A DNA stretch of 64,000 nt, taken from NCBI RefSeq assembly GCF_009914755.1, contig NC_060932.1, one strand, 5' to 3'. The translations under genes were made by a program, and so were the position numbers. Below, piece by piece: positions 29,861 to 41,261 of this stretch (position 1 is its first letter; each line of letters begins with the position of its first letter). The notes under the pieces are model-generated. The model had not been told where the DNA came from. It saw nothing but the letters and a program-made list of their open reading frames with translations, and searched no databases. The DNA is from the human T2T-CHM13v2.0 reference genome, Homo sapiens.

Positions 29861-31115
29861 CTAAAAACCAGCAACTGTAAAACTACTGGAAGAAATCATA
29901 TGAAAAAAGTTTCTTGACATAAATCTGAACAATGATTTTTTAAATATAATGCCAAAGCACAGGTAACAAAAGCAAAGTAGTCAAATGGGATGGTCTATTG
30001 AACCAAAAAGCTTCTGCACAGAAAACAATTGGCAGTATGAAGATACAATCTACAGAATGAAAGAAAATATTTTCAAACAATCCATCTGACAAAGGATTGA
30101 TAACCAGAATATATAAGGAACTCAAACAACTCAATGGAAAACTAACAAACTATTTGATGAAAAAAATGGGTAAAGTATCTGAATAGACATTTCTCAAAAT
30201 AAAGCATACGAATGGCTAACAGATATATGAAAAAATGCTCAACATCATTAATCATCAGGGAAATGCAATTGAAAACCAAATTAAAAATGGGTTTATCATG
30301 TCACTCCTGTTATAATGGCTACTAATAAAAAGACAAATGATAATAAATGTTGGTAAGAATGTGGAGAAAATTGAACCCTTACACACTGTGTGAATGGAAA
30401 TTAGTATAGCCATTATGGAAAATATTATGAGAGATCTTCAAAAAATTAAAAATATAAGTACAATATGATCCTGCAATCCCACTACTGGGTCTATATCCAG
30501 AGGAAATAAAATAATTGTTTCAAGAAAATGTTTGCATTCCCATGTTTACTGCAGAATTATTCACAGTAGCTAATATATAAAACCAACTTAAGTGTTGATA
30601 AACAGATGAGTGGATACAGATGATATGTATACAAAATGGAATACTATTCAGTCACAAAAAAAGACAAATTCTGTAACTTGTGCTAACATAGATGAGCCTA
30701 GAGGACATTATACTTAGTGAAGTAAAGCAAACATAGCAGACACAGAAATATTTCACTTATATGTGGAATATGAAAAATCAAACTCCTAGAAGCAAAGAGT
30801 AGAATGGTGGTTATCAGGAGCTGGGGACAGTGATGGAGATATTTTGGTCAAAGGGTACTGAGTTTTAGTTAGAATGAATGAATTCTGAGGATCTACTGTA
30901 CAGTTTGGTGACTATGGTTATTAATCAGGTATACTTAAAAATCACTAAAAGATTAAATATTCTCACCACAAAAAACATATATAATTATGTGAGGTGATAA
31001 GAATGTTAACTTGATTGTGGTTGTTTCAAAATATTTACATATATCAAAACCACATTATAAATTTATGCAATTTTTATTTGTCATTTATATCTCAATAAAG
31101 CTGGAGTAAAGGAAA
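29861..31115 (+). mobile_element. L1MA 3' part (ORF2 end and 3'UTR)
   Basis: aactactggaagaaa, atatgatcctgcaatcccactactggg, ttctcaccacaaaaa and ctcaataaagctgga followed by an A-rich tail. TSD aaaagataaaa at 31116-31126. Confidence 0.9.
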
Positions 31116-31399
31116 AAAAGATAAAAATTATCTAAAGAGAAAGTAGTTTGGCTTCCACAAATGTCTTTGTAAAGCACTAGCCTGAAACTTGTAACTCATT
31201 GCCTCACTAAAAAAAAAAAAAAACGTTATAGGATATGTAGGCTCTCAGGCTAAGCATCAGTGGCTTAATCAGGCTTTTAATTTAGCTGATATATTTATAT
31301 TTACAATAAAATTGATAATAATACTTTAAAAAATAACTTTCCTAAACAGAATCTATCCATACTGTTTTTCTGTTAATGAATTTTTTTATGCACACCTCA

Positions 31400-32840
31400 C
31401 AAATTTCTGTCTTGAAATTAGATCAGATCCTTCCTTGTTCCTCACAGTCTCTTCCAGGGTCCTATTCCTTCCATCTTTCCTGACGTGCTTTAGTTCTTTT
31501 GAAACATTGGCTCTGGTTTATACCAGCCACTAAACCTCTTTTTTATCCTGATGCTCTCAGTTATTCCTTTAGTTCCATTCCTTTAGCACCTGGCTAACTG
31601 CACACTACACATATTTCTAATTATTATTTAGGGTAGGATCAGCATGCCTGAAGATAACTCACCTAGTACCATAGCCACTCAGTTATCTAAGATTTTCACT
31701 AAGATCTTATGTTCCACTCAACTTCTCTCACCGAATTCTATGATTATGCTCAAGAATTTGTCGTTACCTATTATATAATATAATAGTAACTACTTATTCT
31801 TGAATAAGTAGTTACTATTTGAATTTGAATCTGAATAGTAACGACAAATTCTTGAGCATAATCGTAGTAGTTATATAGTAACTACTATATTTAGTTATTT
31901 AGTAGTAGTTATTTAGTAGTTATATATAACTACTAAAACACCTATATTGATAGCCTCATCCTCTGGCTACCACTTCCTAAATTCTATAGTATATTTCCTC
32001 TTAGTGCTATCCAGTCTAATAAAACTTCAAATTACTAAAAAAGCTAGTTAATTTTATCCCCTTTTACTGTACATCAACTCCCTGTAATTAACTTCCCCTT
32101 TTTCTGATTGATCTCTCATAATTCATCATTATATCCACATGCTTACCCCCACAATTTCTTTACCCTCCAAGTCTCCTTCAAAGGACTTAACTTACATTAA
32201 AAATATAAACTAAATAATATCTGCCTGCTTTTTGATAAATGTAAAAGCTGATTATGGTTAGAAAAGAAGAGGAGGAGAAGATTTCCAAGTGGTAAAGGGG
32301 GTGGGGAGTGAGGATAATTCATGTGAATCTTTTTACCTGGAATGTATAACTTCAAAAGACTCCTTGTAATTTCCTGGCGGTCCTTCCATATTTTCTTCAT
32401 CAACCCAGCTTATCAATCTGTGGTGGCTGTTTTAAAACTTTTCACTCTCTCAATTACAAATAGTTCCTATTCTTCATCTTCACCAATAACCATGCTTTTA
32501 GCAACAGAACGACCTTATCTTTGAGCCTCCAAATAGGACAGCTTACCGTATATATAAGCTGTCTATAGTCTTATATTCTGTATAGCACCTATAGTCTTAT
32601 ATTCTCTTTATTAGCATGCATGAATATCTCTGATCTTGCCTAAAGCTAACCCTCCAACTGTGCCATAGATTCCAATTCCTCTTACCATTTCAAGGTATTG
32701 CTCCTGAAATTATCCCTTTTCCCTAGATCTGTAAATTCAGACAGTTATTAAGTTTTTTCTCACTGTGTATATCTATTCTGTAATGTCTCCCATCCTTAAC
32801 AATTTCTATGTCCTCCACCGAAATATTTGTTAAATGAGGG
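31400..32840 (+). mobile_element. L2 LINE relic (fragmented)
   Basis: Pyrimidine-rich L2-like text (gcctaaagctaaccctccaactgtgcc...gattccaattcctctta) ending aaatatttgttaaatga. Confidence 0.55.
31738..31937. repeat. Nested inverted repeat / palindrome cluster
   Basis: 30-bp arms at 31738-31767 and 31838-31867 (1 mismatch). 18-bp perfect arms at 31782-31799 and 31802-31819. 26-bp perfect palindrome at 31912-31937. Confidence 0.9.
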
Positions 32841-33163
32841 AATGATTAAATTAATGGTTCCTGGAAATAGTCGTCTCTTGTTTCTAGTGGCAAAGATAAT
32901 CACTTCTCATCACCTAACCCCATTCCCTCTATTCTCCTTTCCTCATTCACTAATCTTTGGAAAAGAAAACTTAATTTTTCCAAACTTTCAGGTTCCTGCT
33001 TCTAGGAATGTCCTAATATGGCATTAAGCCTGAAGTAGAAGAGGAATAGTGTGCATTCATTTTCTTAAATTATTCTCTCTTACTTGACTGTGAGGACTTT
33101 GCTTTATGACATTTATAACTGTGAACACATATCCACTAACAAATGAATCCCCTAAAGATAATA

Positions 33164-34158
33164 CAAATAGTCCTTGCTTGCAAGTGTAGAATAATAAAAA
33201 ATATAAGCTAAAATCATGACAAGTGATCAGAACAAACAGTGGGAAAACCTATTGCTCCATGAATTTGAAACTGTTGTAACAACATTGAAAAGTCTTTCTA
33301 TTGGTACATAATCTCAGACAAGCAAAATATAGTAAAATCAGTATTCATTTTGTTTGCTGTAACTAAAAACATTAGAAGCATAGAGAATTAAGTTGATTTT
33401 TTGGTAAAGACTTAAGAATACTTTGAAGCAGTGTTTGTTTTCTAATTATATAACTTACAATACAGAGTGAATACTTTTTCTACACATTGGTGAATTTTCA
33501 CACAAATTCTAAGTTTAGATAATATTTCAAAATTTTATTTTTAGAGCTTTAAATGCCAAGTAATATCTCCAATAGTTCCCTCAATGCTAACTTTTTTCTG
33601 GCTTCTAATATCAGGGACATATGCATACATTTTGTCATAACCTTCCTCATATAGCTTGATAAGTTCAATGTCACTAAATTCCTTTGATAAAGAGTGTACT
33701 CATGTCAAAATTCCCACCATTTACAATTTCTTCTATAACTCCACTTATGTTCTATTCAAACTTTTTCACTTCTAGTATTATCACTTTTGTTTCTTTAATG
33801 ATCTTTTATCTTTGTTGGCCAGATACCTCTTTCTATGATCTATTTCTATAAAATGTCATGTGTGTTTATTACTGGGAGATAAGGAGGCAATATAGCTGTT
33901 TTTTGCTCTCTGTACATGAACTTAATAATATATGCACAGTAACCAATTACTTATAGGGTTATTACTTATAGAAGTGATGTAATCAGTCACTAATCTTGAT
34001 GCACAGAGTGATTTGTAGACAGAAAAGCTTGTAGCAAAGTTTTCCTTATGTAATTTCTCACAATTATTATAGTTCAGGAACTGAAATGTGAACAGTATTG
34101 TTTGAGGACCAGTGTTATTTCATTCAAATGCACTAACATGCAAAGACAAGACTGCCTT
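33164..34158. mobile_element. Ancient TcMar DNA transposon fossil (Kanga11a/Tigger-like)
   Basis: Degenerate terminal inverted repeats atagtccttgcttgca ... tgcaaagacaagactgcc. The interior resembles a remembered consensus (gaagtgatgtaatcagtcact, gtttattactgggagataaggaggcaa). Confidence 0.7.
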
Positions 34159-34888
34159 ACTCTGTCATAATTTTGAAAGCTTTTTGTTGAAGGGACAATA
34201 TTGAAAATATTACTGCTTTTTTTTCATGATACATTAAAGGCATGTTATACTCTTGTAAAATCTCAGCTAATCACAACAGGCAATATAGTTTTTATGGCAT
34301 AGGCATCTTAATTTTCATTTTGGACTGCAAGGATCTTGTTCTATTGTGGTAGATGTGTTTCTCTTTCCTACTTTTCTGCATGAAATCAATAGAGTTTTAA
34401 AGTACAATATTATATAGTCTTTATGTTTTTATACAACCCTTTCACCCATTGCTTTGCATAAAAGAAATACATAACCACTAAAAGTGCCTAAAATTTAGGA
34501 CTGTGAGATTATTTTTAAAAAGAGATTTTAAGCCTTAGGTTTACATTGAGAGATACAGTAAAAATAGTGCAGTTCACCTTTATGAGATGTTGAGTTATTC
34601 TAAATTGGCATTTGATGGATAACTATAACTTTCTTACAGCATCCGGACCTCTGCCATTGGTGTTTTTAATTAAATTGTTATAGTAATAACAATTATAATT
34701 TAAAATATGCAGGAGGCAATTCAACTATGTAGTTTAATTGTACAGTATCAGCATTTAGAATATTAGATAATTCACATTGTCCTATAAATTTGTTATCTTA
34801 TTTAGTTTTCTTTTGTATACCTGATTATTAAATTACTTTGAGTAGTTTATAGTTTTTCTTCTTTAAGTTTAGCATTAAAATTGATGTA

Positions 34889-35204
34889 AGCTGGGGATTG
34901 TGGTTCACACCTGTAATCCCAGCCCTTTGGGAAGCCAAGGCAGGAGGATCACTAGATTTCAGGAATTCAAGACCATCTGAGCAATGTAGTGAGATCTCAT
35001 GTCTACACACACACACAAACACATGCACACACACACATAGATTGGTGTGGTGGTATGTGCATGTGGTCTCTGATACTTGAGAGGCTCAGGTAGGAGGATC
35101 ACTTGAACCTCTGCAAGTGAGCTGTGATCACACCACTACATTCCAGCCTGGGCAACAGAACAAGACCCTATAGCAAAAAAAAATACATAAATAAAGTAAA
35201 AAAT
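34889..35204 (+). mobile_element. AluJ with (CA)n expansion in the middle A-rich linker
   Basis: ggaggatcact in both arms. Degenerate TSD aaa(a/g)ttgat(g/a)ta. Confidence 0.9.
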
Positions 35205-36039
35205 AAAGTTGATATAGATCTTGTTCAGGCATGAGGTACACCATGGCTATGACAAAAATGCTAATTATCTAGAGTTTGTATACAATCATGGTCTATATCT
35301 GTACAAATATTTTGTATTAGGGGTCATCTAACAAATGCAAGTTTCTTTTTGGTCCTGAAACACAACCCACAAAGTAAATAATAAAATAGAGCCCTCATTG
35401 TTTTGAAATAAATTAATTTACCTGAATAATCAGTACACTAATTTTAGTATTTTATATTAGATTTTATATGTTTTTAACCTACTTCAGGTAGTAGAAAAAT
35501 AACTGGTTTTTTTTTCTGTGCCATTTTGTCCTATACCCTCTCACCCAAACAAGCAGAAACATTTTTAAAAACCCTCAATTTAAAAATCATGAACTTGTCA
35601 TTAGCAGTTGATTTGGAAAGCTTGTGTGTAAAGATTCCTTTAGAAAAAAAGGAAAAATAGAAAGGTAAATAATTAGGAGAAGAAGAAAAAAAAAGAGATT
35701 TAGTATGGTGGATCTCAGGTTGTTGGACCTTTTTTTTTTTTTTAGAAATCGGAGAAACAAATTGAGCTTGTCAATGAGAGATACTGAGACCTTTTTCATT
35801 CTCCTACAGCACATTCTGAATTGGAAATTTTGGCTACAATAATTTAAACTGTAAGACATTTATAAAGGGACAGAGATAACAAAATATAATGAAAACTCAG
35901 AAAAACCGGGCCATTATCATGACTAATGTTATGTTGTGAAACTACAAAATGTCAATGTTTCCAAGACATGACGTTGGGTCAGTTGGCTATGCCATAGAAA
36001 GAATGAAATGAAACTTGACCCCTTTGTTACACTGAAAGA

Positions 36040-36450
36040 TGAAGGAGGCAGATGAGAGAAGGACCCTGGGGAGTCTCCAAACCTCCGCACAAGTGTTTAC
36101 ATCAGATGCTTTTGTGCAGATGAGGGAACCTGCCCAGGGTCTTGCCTGCACATGGCCACAGCAGACTGGGGGCTGCCTGGGCACTGGGAGAATAGGGTGG
36201 AGCCACAGGCAGTTCATGCCTTGTGCAGGGGGAGGAGCCTGGCCTCTCTTTAGCTTGTGTGCGTGGTGGCCTAGTATTCCATCTGTGAGGTGGCAGCCTA
36301 TTGGCAAGACCCCTTCTTTTTTCACTGAAGTCTTTCTTTTAATAAATCTGCTCCATTCACCTTTCAATGTGTCCTCAGGCCTAGTCTTTCCTCGTCATGT
36401 GACAAGAACCCAGATTTTAGCTGAACTAAGGAGCAAAAAATCCTGCATCA
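36040..36450 (+). mobile_element. MER48-like solo LTR (ERV1)
   Basis: gggaggagcctggcctct, AATAAA at about 36341 and terminal ttttagctgaactaaggagcaaaaaatcctgcatca. Confidence 0.8.
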
Positions 36451-36542
36451 AAACCACTCTAAATAATTTGTGATTATAAATGTGAAGTACTTAACATTAT
36501 AGATCATAGATAAAACATAGAAAAAACGTGACACATGGAAAT

Positions 36543-37076
36543 TGAGGCAGGAGAATAGGGTCTGGAGACAAGATAACCTAAGGCTGATTTGCACTGACCT
36601 GCTAGAACTGAATCAAAAGGAAAACCCTAACCTTCCATGTCCAAGTAACAAAAGGATCAGAGACTACTGCTGTTGCAACCCCCTGCTTTCTGTGTTTCAG
36701 ATGAAAAATAGAAAGTATCTCTGACTGATCTCCTCCTGCAACCAATCAGACTGGTCGCAGACCTAGTCTTCATTTGCATAGGGTGTAAATTTGTAACTTC
36801 ACTTCAGCTTCTGCTTTATCACGGGACATTCCTTCATTTACATAGGGTGTAAACCAAGTAACCAAGGGGAAGCCTCTAGAGGGTATTTAAACACCAGACA
36901 ATTCTGTAAGCAGTGCTCTTGAGCCACTTGCTGGAGCCTGCCTCTGGTCTGTGGAGTGTACTTTCATTTCATTAAATCTATGCATTCATTGCTTCATTCT
37001 TTTGTTGCTTTGTTTGTGCATTTTGTCCAATTCTTTGTTCGAAACACCAAGACCTGGTCACCCTCCACCAGTAACA
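36543..37076 (+). mobile_element. MER51 (MER51B-like) solo LTR (ERV1)
   Basis: Runs tgaggcaggagaatagggtctggag ... ccctccaccagtaaca. Perfect 5-bp TSD gaaat at 36538-36542 and 37077-37081. Contains CCAAT, ATTTGCAT and TATTTAAA motifs. Confidence 0.9.
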
Positions 37077-37189
37077 GAAATAATTCTTAATTAGGACATA
37101 GGAAGATGTAATTTTTAAAGGTTTATTTAAAGACCAAATTTATTTACATAAGCTATCAAGCCAGACTGGAGTGAGATATTTTTAACACC

Positions 37190-38020
37190 TAAGCTAGCTT
37201 TTATCCAGGATATGAAAATAAACCTTACATATGAATATAAAAGGATGATTAAATTTTTAAAGTGAGGAAAAGGATTGAACAGTAGCCATATTACAGAAGA
37301 CTGATAAACGTATTGTACTTGGTCTTCAAGGAAATACAAATTCAGTCCACAATGAAATGCACTATACGTCCACCAGAATAGTTTGATAAAAGAAGCTAAC
37401 AATTTCAAGTGTTAGGACTGATGTGGCACAACAGGCCTGCTGTCATTAACACCATTGTGGGTAATTTGGTAAATAATCACAGGAAAAGATTCTCAACACC
37501 ATTAGTTATCAGAGAAATGTCAATGAAAACCACAGTGATAGTTGAAATTGCTACAATTAAAAAGATTGACAATAGCAAGTGCAGGTAAGGAGATGAAACA
37601 ATTGCCTCATACATTGGAGATAGGAATGAAAAATGATACAGCCACATTTGAAAACTATGTAACAGTGTCTTATAAAATTAAAGGTACTCTCACCGTACAA
37701 CCCAAGAGGTTCACTCATTTGTATTTAACTAAGAGAAATGAATGCATATGTCCTATGGAGGCTTCTGAGATAATATTTATAGTAGCTTTATTCTTAATAT
37801 CCCAAAACTAGAAATAACCCAAGTGTCCATCAACCAGTAAGTTGAAAAAAAAATTGTCATATGTCCATACAATGTAATACTATTTTTCATCATAAATTAG
37901 TACTTGTAACAATAAGATCAATTTCAAAAAAGCATGCTATGTGAAAAAAGTGGGATTATTATTATATGATTTTCATTTTGATGATATTCTGGAAAAAGTA
38001 AACTACATGACAAAAGACAT
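37190..38020 (+). mobile_element. Old L1M 3' fragments
   Basis: ttctcaacaccattagttatcagagaaatg and ccaaaactagaaataacccaagtgtccatcaac. Confidence 0.7.
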
Positions 38021-38861
38021 CATACCCCATGTAAAAAATATTTGATCTGGCCCTAAATCTTTGAGATATATATTAATAAACATACTAATCTTCAAATTAA
38101 AGGAAAAATCATTTGGCTAATCAGGCAAAATATTTAATTAATTTCTTATAGAAACAAATTAAAGTGGCCTCAGGTTTTTTCACATCAGTATTCAGCACAT
38201 AAGAACAGTGCTAAAACTTTCAGATTAAGATTTTCAGTTTAAGAAAAAATTTGTTGAATATTTTATATCTAGCTAATCTCTCCATCATTTTAAATGACTA
38301 CAAAAAGTGGAACAAAAACAAGAAATATATTTTTCCACAGACCTTCTTAGGTAAGTAGAATGTGCCACTAAACCAATCAAGAAATGACTCAGGAAGTCAA
38401 AGAACTAAGAATGAGCATGGAAGCAAAATGGGGATTTAGGGTGGCAGAAGAGAATGTAAAGAGTTTATGCGATAAAATGATAGAAATTATCCACTGAAAT
38501 AATAGGAAAGGAAGAAGAGAAGAAGTTGTGATATATTTGTAAATACGCCCTATGTGAGAAACTTTCAGTGGATAGTTGGTATGCAGAGGAAAAGCAGGAA
38601 AGAGAAGCAAGCAACAAAGGAAAAGATCTTCAAAGTGTGTACTAAAGGATCACAATGTACACTATGCTATAATCACAAACACTGAAGATTATATATTTAT
38701 GTTTTACAAAGTAATTTTATGTATAAAGTATAAATTATAAAACAGTATGATTTTTAATGTCATTTTACAGAATTATGAATTTCTGAAGATCAAAGGCATA
38801 TCACTTAACATTCATTTATATTTTGTTTTTTATAATTTCTAATGTATAATAATAACTCCTT

Positions 38862-39450
38862 TTATAGTTTTCTTTTCTTCTGTTTGTTGCTAAGTCTAAT
38901 GGCCTCCAGCTCCATCCAACTCCTTGCAAAGAACATGATCTCATTTTTTATGGCTGCATAGTATTCCATGGTATATATGTACCACATTTTCTATATTCAG
39001 TCTGTAAGTGATGAGCATTTAGGTTGATTTCATGTCTTTGCTATTGTGAATAGTGCTGCAATGAACATGTGTCTTTATAATAGAATAATTTATATTCTTT
39101 GAGTATATATCCAGTAGTAGGATTGCTCCGGGTCAAATGATATTTTTGTCTTCTGGTCTTTGAGAAATCACCACACTCTCTTCCACAATGGCTGAACTAA
39201 TTTATACTCTCAACAACAGTGTATAAGCGTTCCTTTTTCTCCACAGTCTCACCAGCATCTGTTAGTTTCTGGGGTTTTGATAATAGCCATTCTGACTGTT
39301 GTTAGTTGGTATCTCTTTGTGGTTTTGATTTGCATTTCTCTGATGATCAGTGACATTGTGCTTTTTTTCACATGATTGTTGGCCACAGGTATATCTTGTT
39401 TTGAAAAGTGTCTGTTCATGTCCTTTGCCCCGTTTTTTATAGGGTTGTTT
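38862..39450 (-). mobile_element. L1PA inverted segment
   Basis: Antisense ORF2-end sequence (tatggctgcatagtattccatgg, aagtgtctgttcatgtcctttgccc). Confidence 0.9.
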
Positions 39451-39677
39451 AATGATGAGAACACATGGACACATACAGTGGAGCAACACACACTGGGGAC
39501 TTTTGGAGGGTGAAGGGTGGGATGAGGAGGAGGATCTGGAAAAATAACTAATGGGTACTAGGCCTAATACCTGGGTGATGAAATAATCTGTACAACAAAT
39601 CCCCAGGACACACGTTTGCCTGTGTAACCAACCTGCACTTGTACCCCTGAACTTAAAGTAAAAGTTAAGAAAAGAAA
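39451..39677 (+). mobile_element. L1PA 3'UTR end (non-inverted part)
   Basis: aatgatgagaacacatggacac ... cctgcacttgtacccctgaacttaaagtaaaagtt followed by an A-rich tail. Confidence 0.9.
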
Positions 39678-40574
39678 CATTACTCTCCCCCCAAAACAAT
39701 TTCTTTTTTTGTGTATATTTTCAAAGCAATTAGCAATTTTATAATATCATAATTCAAAGTCAATTCCTATGATTTTGTTTTTTCTTATTTGTATAAAGAA
39801 ATAAATTTTAAATCAACATTTAAAAAATTAAATTGATTTGGAAAAAGAAAATACCTCTGCCTCATATCCACGTTTATGTATATTTATTTGATAATATTAC
39901 TCAAAGTGCATATATATTTAATCCCACTTCAAAGTCAAATATACAAATTTCATACAAGCAGTATTATAAAACAAAAATTCAATTAATAGTATTTTAGTAG
40001 AATAAATTATGTTGGTTTGAAAATGTTAAACAAATAATTTATTTTAAACATTGACCCATTTTTAATAGGCCAGGGAAATAATAGCAAAAAACAAAATTAT
40101 GTATTTATATATGTATAAATATATATTTTTATATATGTACATATAATTCCTCATTGTTAATTTTCCTACTGCTTATGCTACAAATTAACTGTTGTATCAA
40201 ATTGGACTAACTTAACATATCAGCTTTCAATTAAATATTTGCTAAATTGAAAGTTATCTTTTGCATTTGGCATGATTCTACCATGGGATGTTTATAACTA
40301 TAATACACCTTTTACTACACTTTTATTCATAGGGTATTAGATGATGCCATGGAGTTTTACTTGGAGTAAATATGTATTTTTTAATGATGTCAACATGAAT
40401 TTCAGTTCTAATGATGGACAATTGTTTTCATTTGCACATTAGGGCAAAATTAGTGCAGTGAGAGGTACTTAACAAAAAAGTATAAATTAAAGCTGTCCCT
40501 TTTTAGTCACATAAAAATGGTGTAATTCTAAGCCCAAACTTCAGCTCTGAAGTTGAGTAACACTGAAAGACTAT

Positions 40575-41261
40575 GAGGTTGGTTATCCTTTTTCCGAAAT
40601 TCTTGGGACCAGAAATGTTTTAAATTTTAAACTCTTTTTAGATTTTGAAATATTTGCATATATATAATGAGATATCTTGGGGATGAGACCGGAATATCAA
40701 CACAAAATTTATTTCATATACACCTTATACATAGAGTCTGAATGTTATTTTACACAATATTTTAAATAATTTTGTACATGAAACAAAGTTTTGACTGTGA
40801 CCTGTCACATGAGGTCAGGTGTAAAATTTTCCACTGGTGACATTTTGTCTGTAGTTAAAAACTCAGAATTTTTTTTTTTTTTTTGAGACAGAGTTTGGCT
40901 CTTGTTGTCCAGGCTGGAGTGCAATGGCACGATCTCGGCTCACCAGAACCTCCGCCTCCCAGGTTCAAGCGGAATTTTAAACTCTTTTTGGGTTTTGAAA
41001 TATTCGCATATACATAATGAGATATCTTGGGGATGAGACCCGAATATCAACATAAATTTTGTTTCATGTACACCTTATACACATAGCCTGAAGGTTATTT
41101 TACACGATATTTTAAATAATTTTGTGCAGGAAAAGTTTTGACTGCGTTTTGACTGTGACCTGTCACATGAGGTCAGATGTAAAATTTTCCACTGGTGGCA
41201 TTATGTCAAATTTTTGAAGCATTTTGGATTTTAGATTTTCATATTAGGGATGCCCAACCTG
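40575..41261. mobile_element. Tigger4-type (Zombi/MER46) DNA transposon with internal duplication and Alu fragment
   Basis: TIRs aggttggttatcc and ggatgcccaacctg-ta. The motif gactgtgacctgtcacatgaggtcag occurs twice. Confidence 0.85.
40869..40971 (-). mobile_element. 5'-truncated Alu (about 85 bp of right arm, Sp/Sq-like)
   Basis: About T16, then gagacagagtttggctcttgttgtccaggctggagtgcaatggcacgatctcggctcacc...ggttcaagcg. Confidence 0.9.

Noticed and set aside
35987-36473. Overlapping 126-aa and 144-aa ORFs in a GC-richer patch
   Set aside because: They lie within a MER48-like LTR and are chance ORFs.
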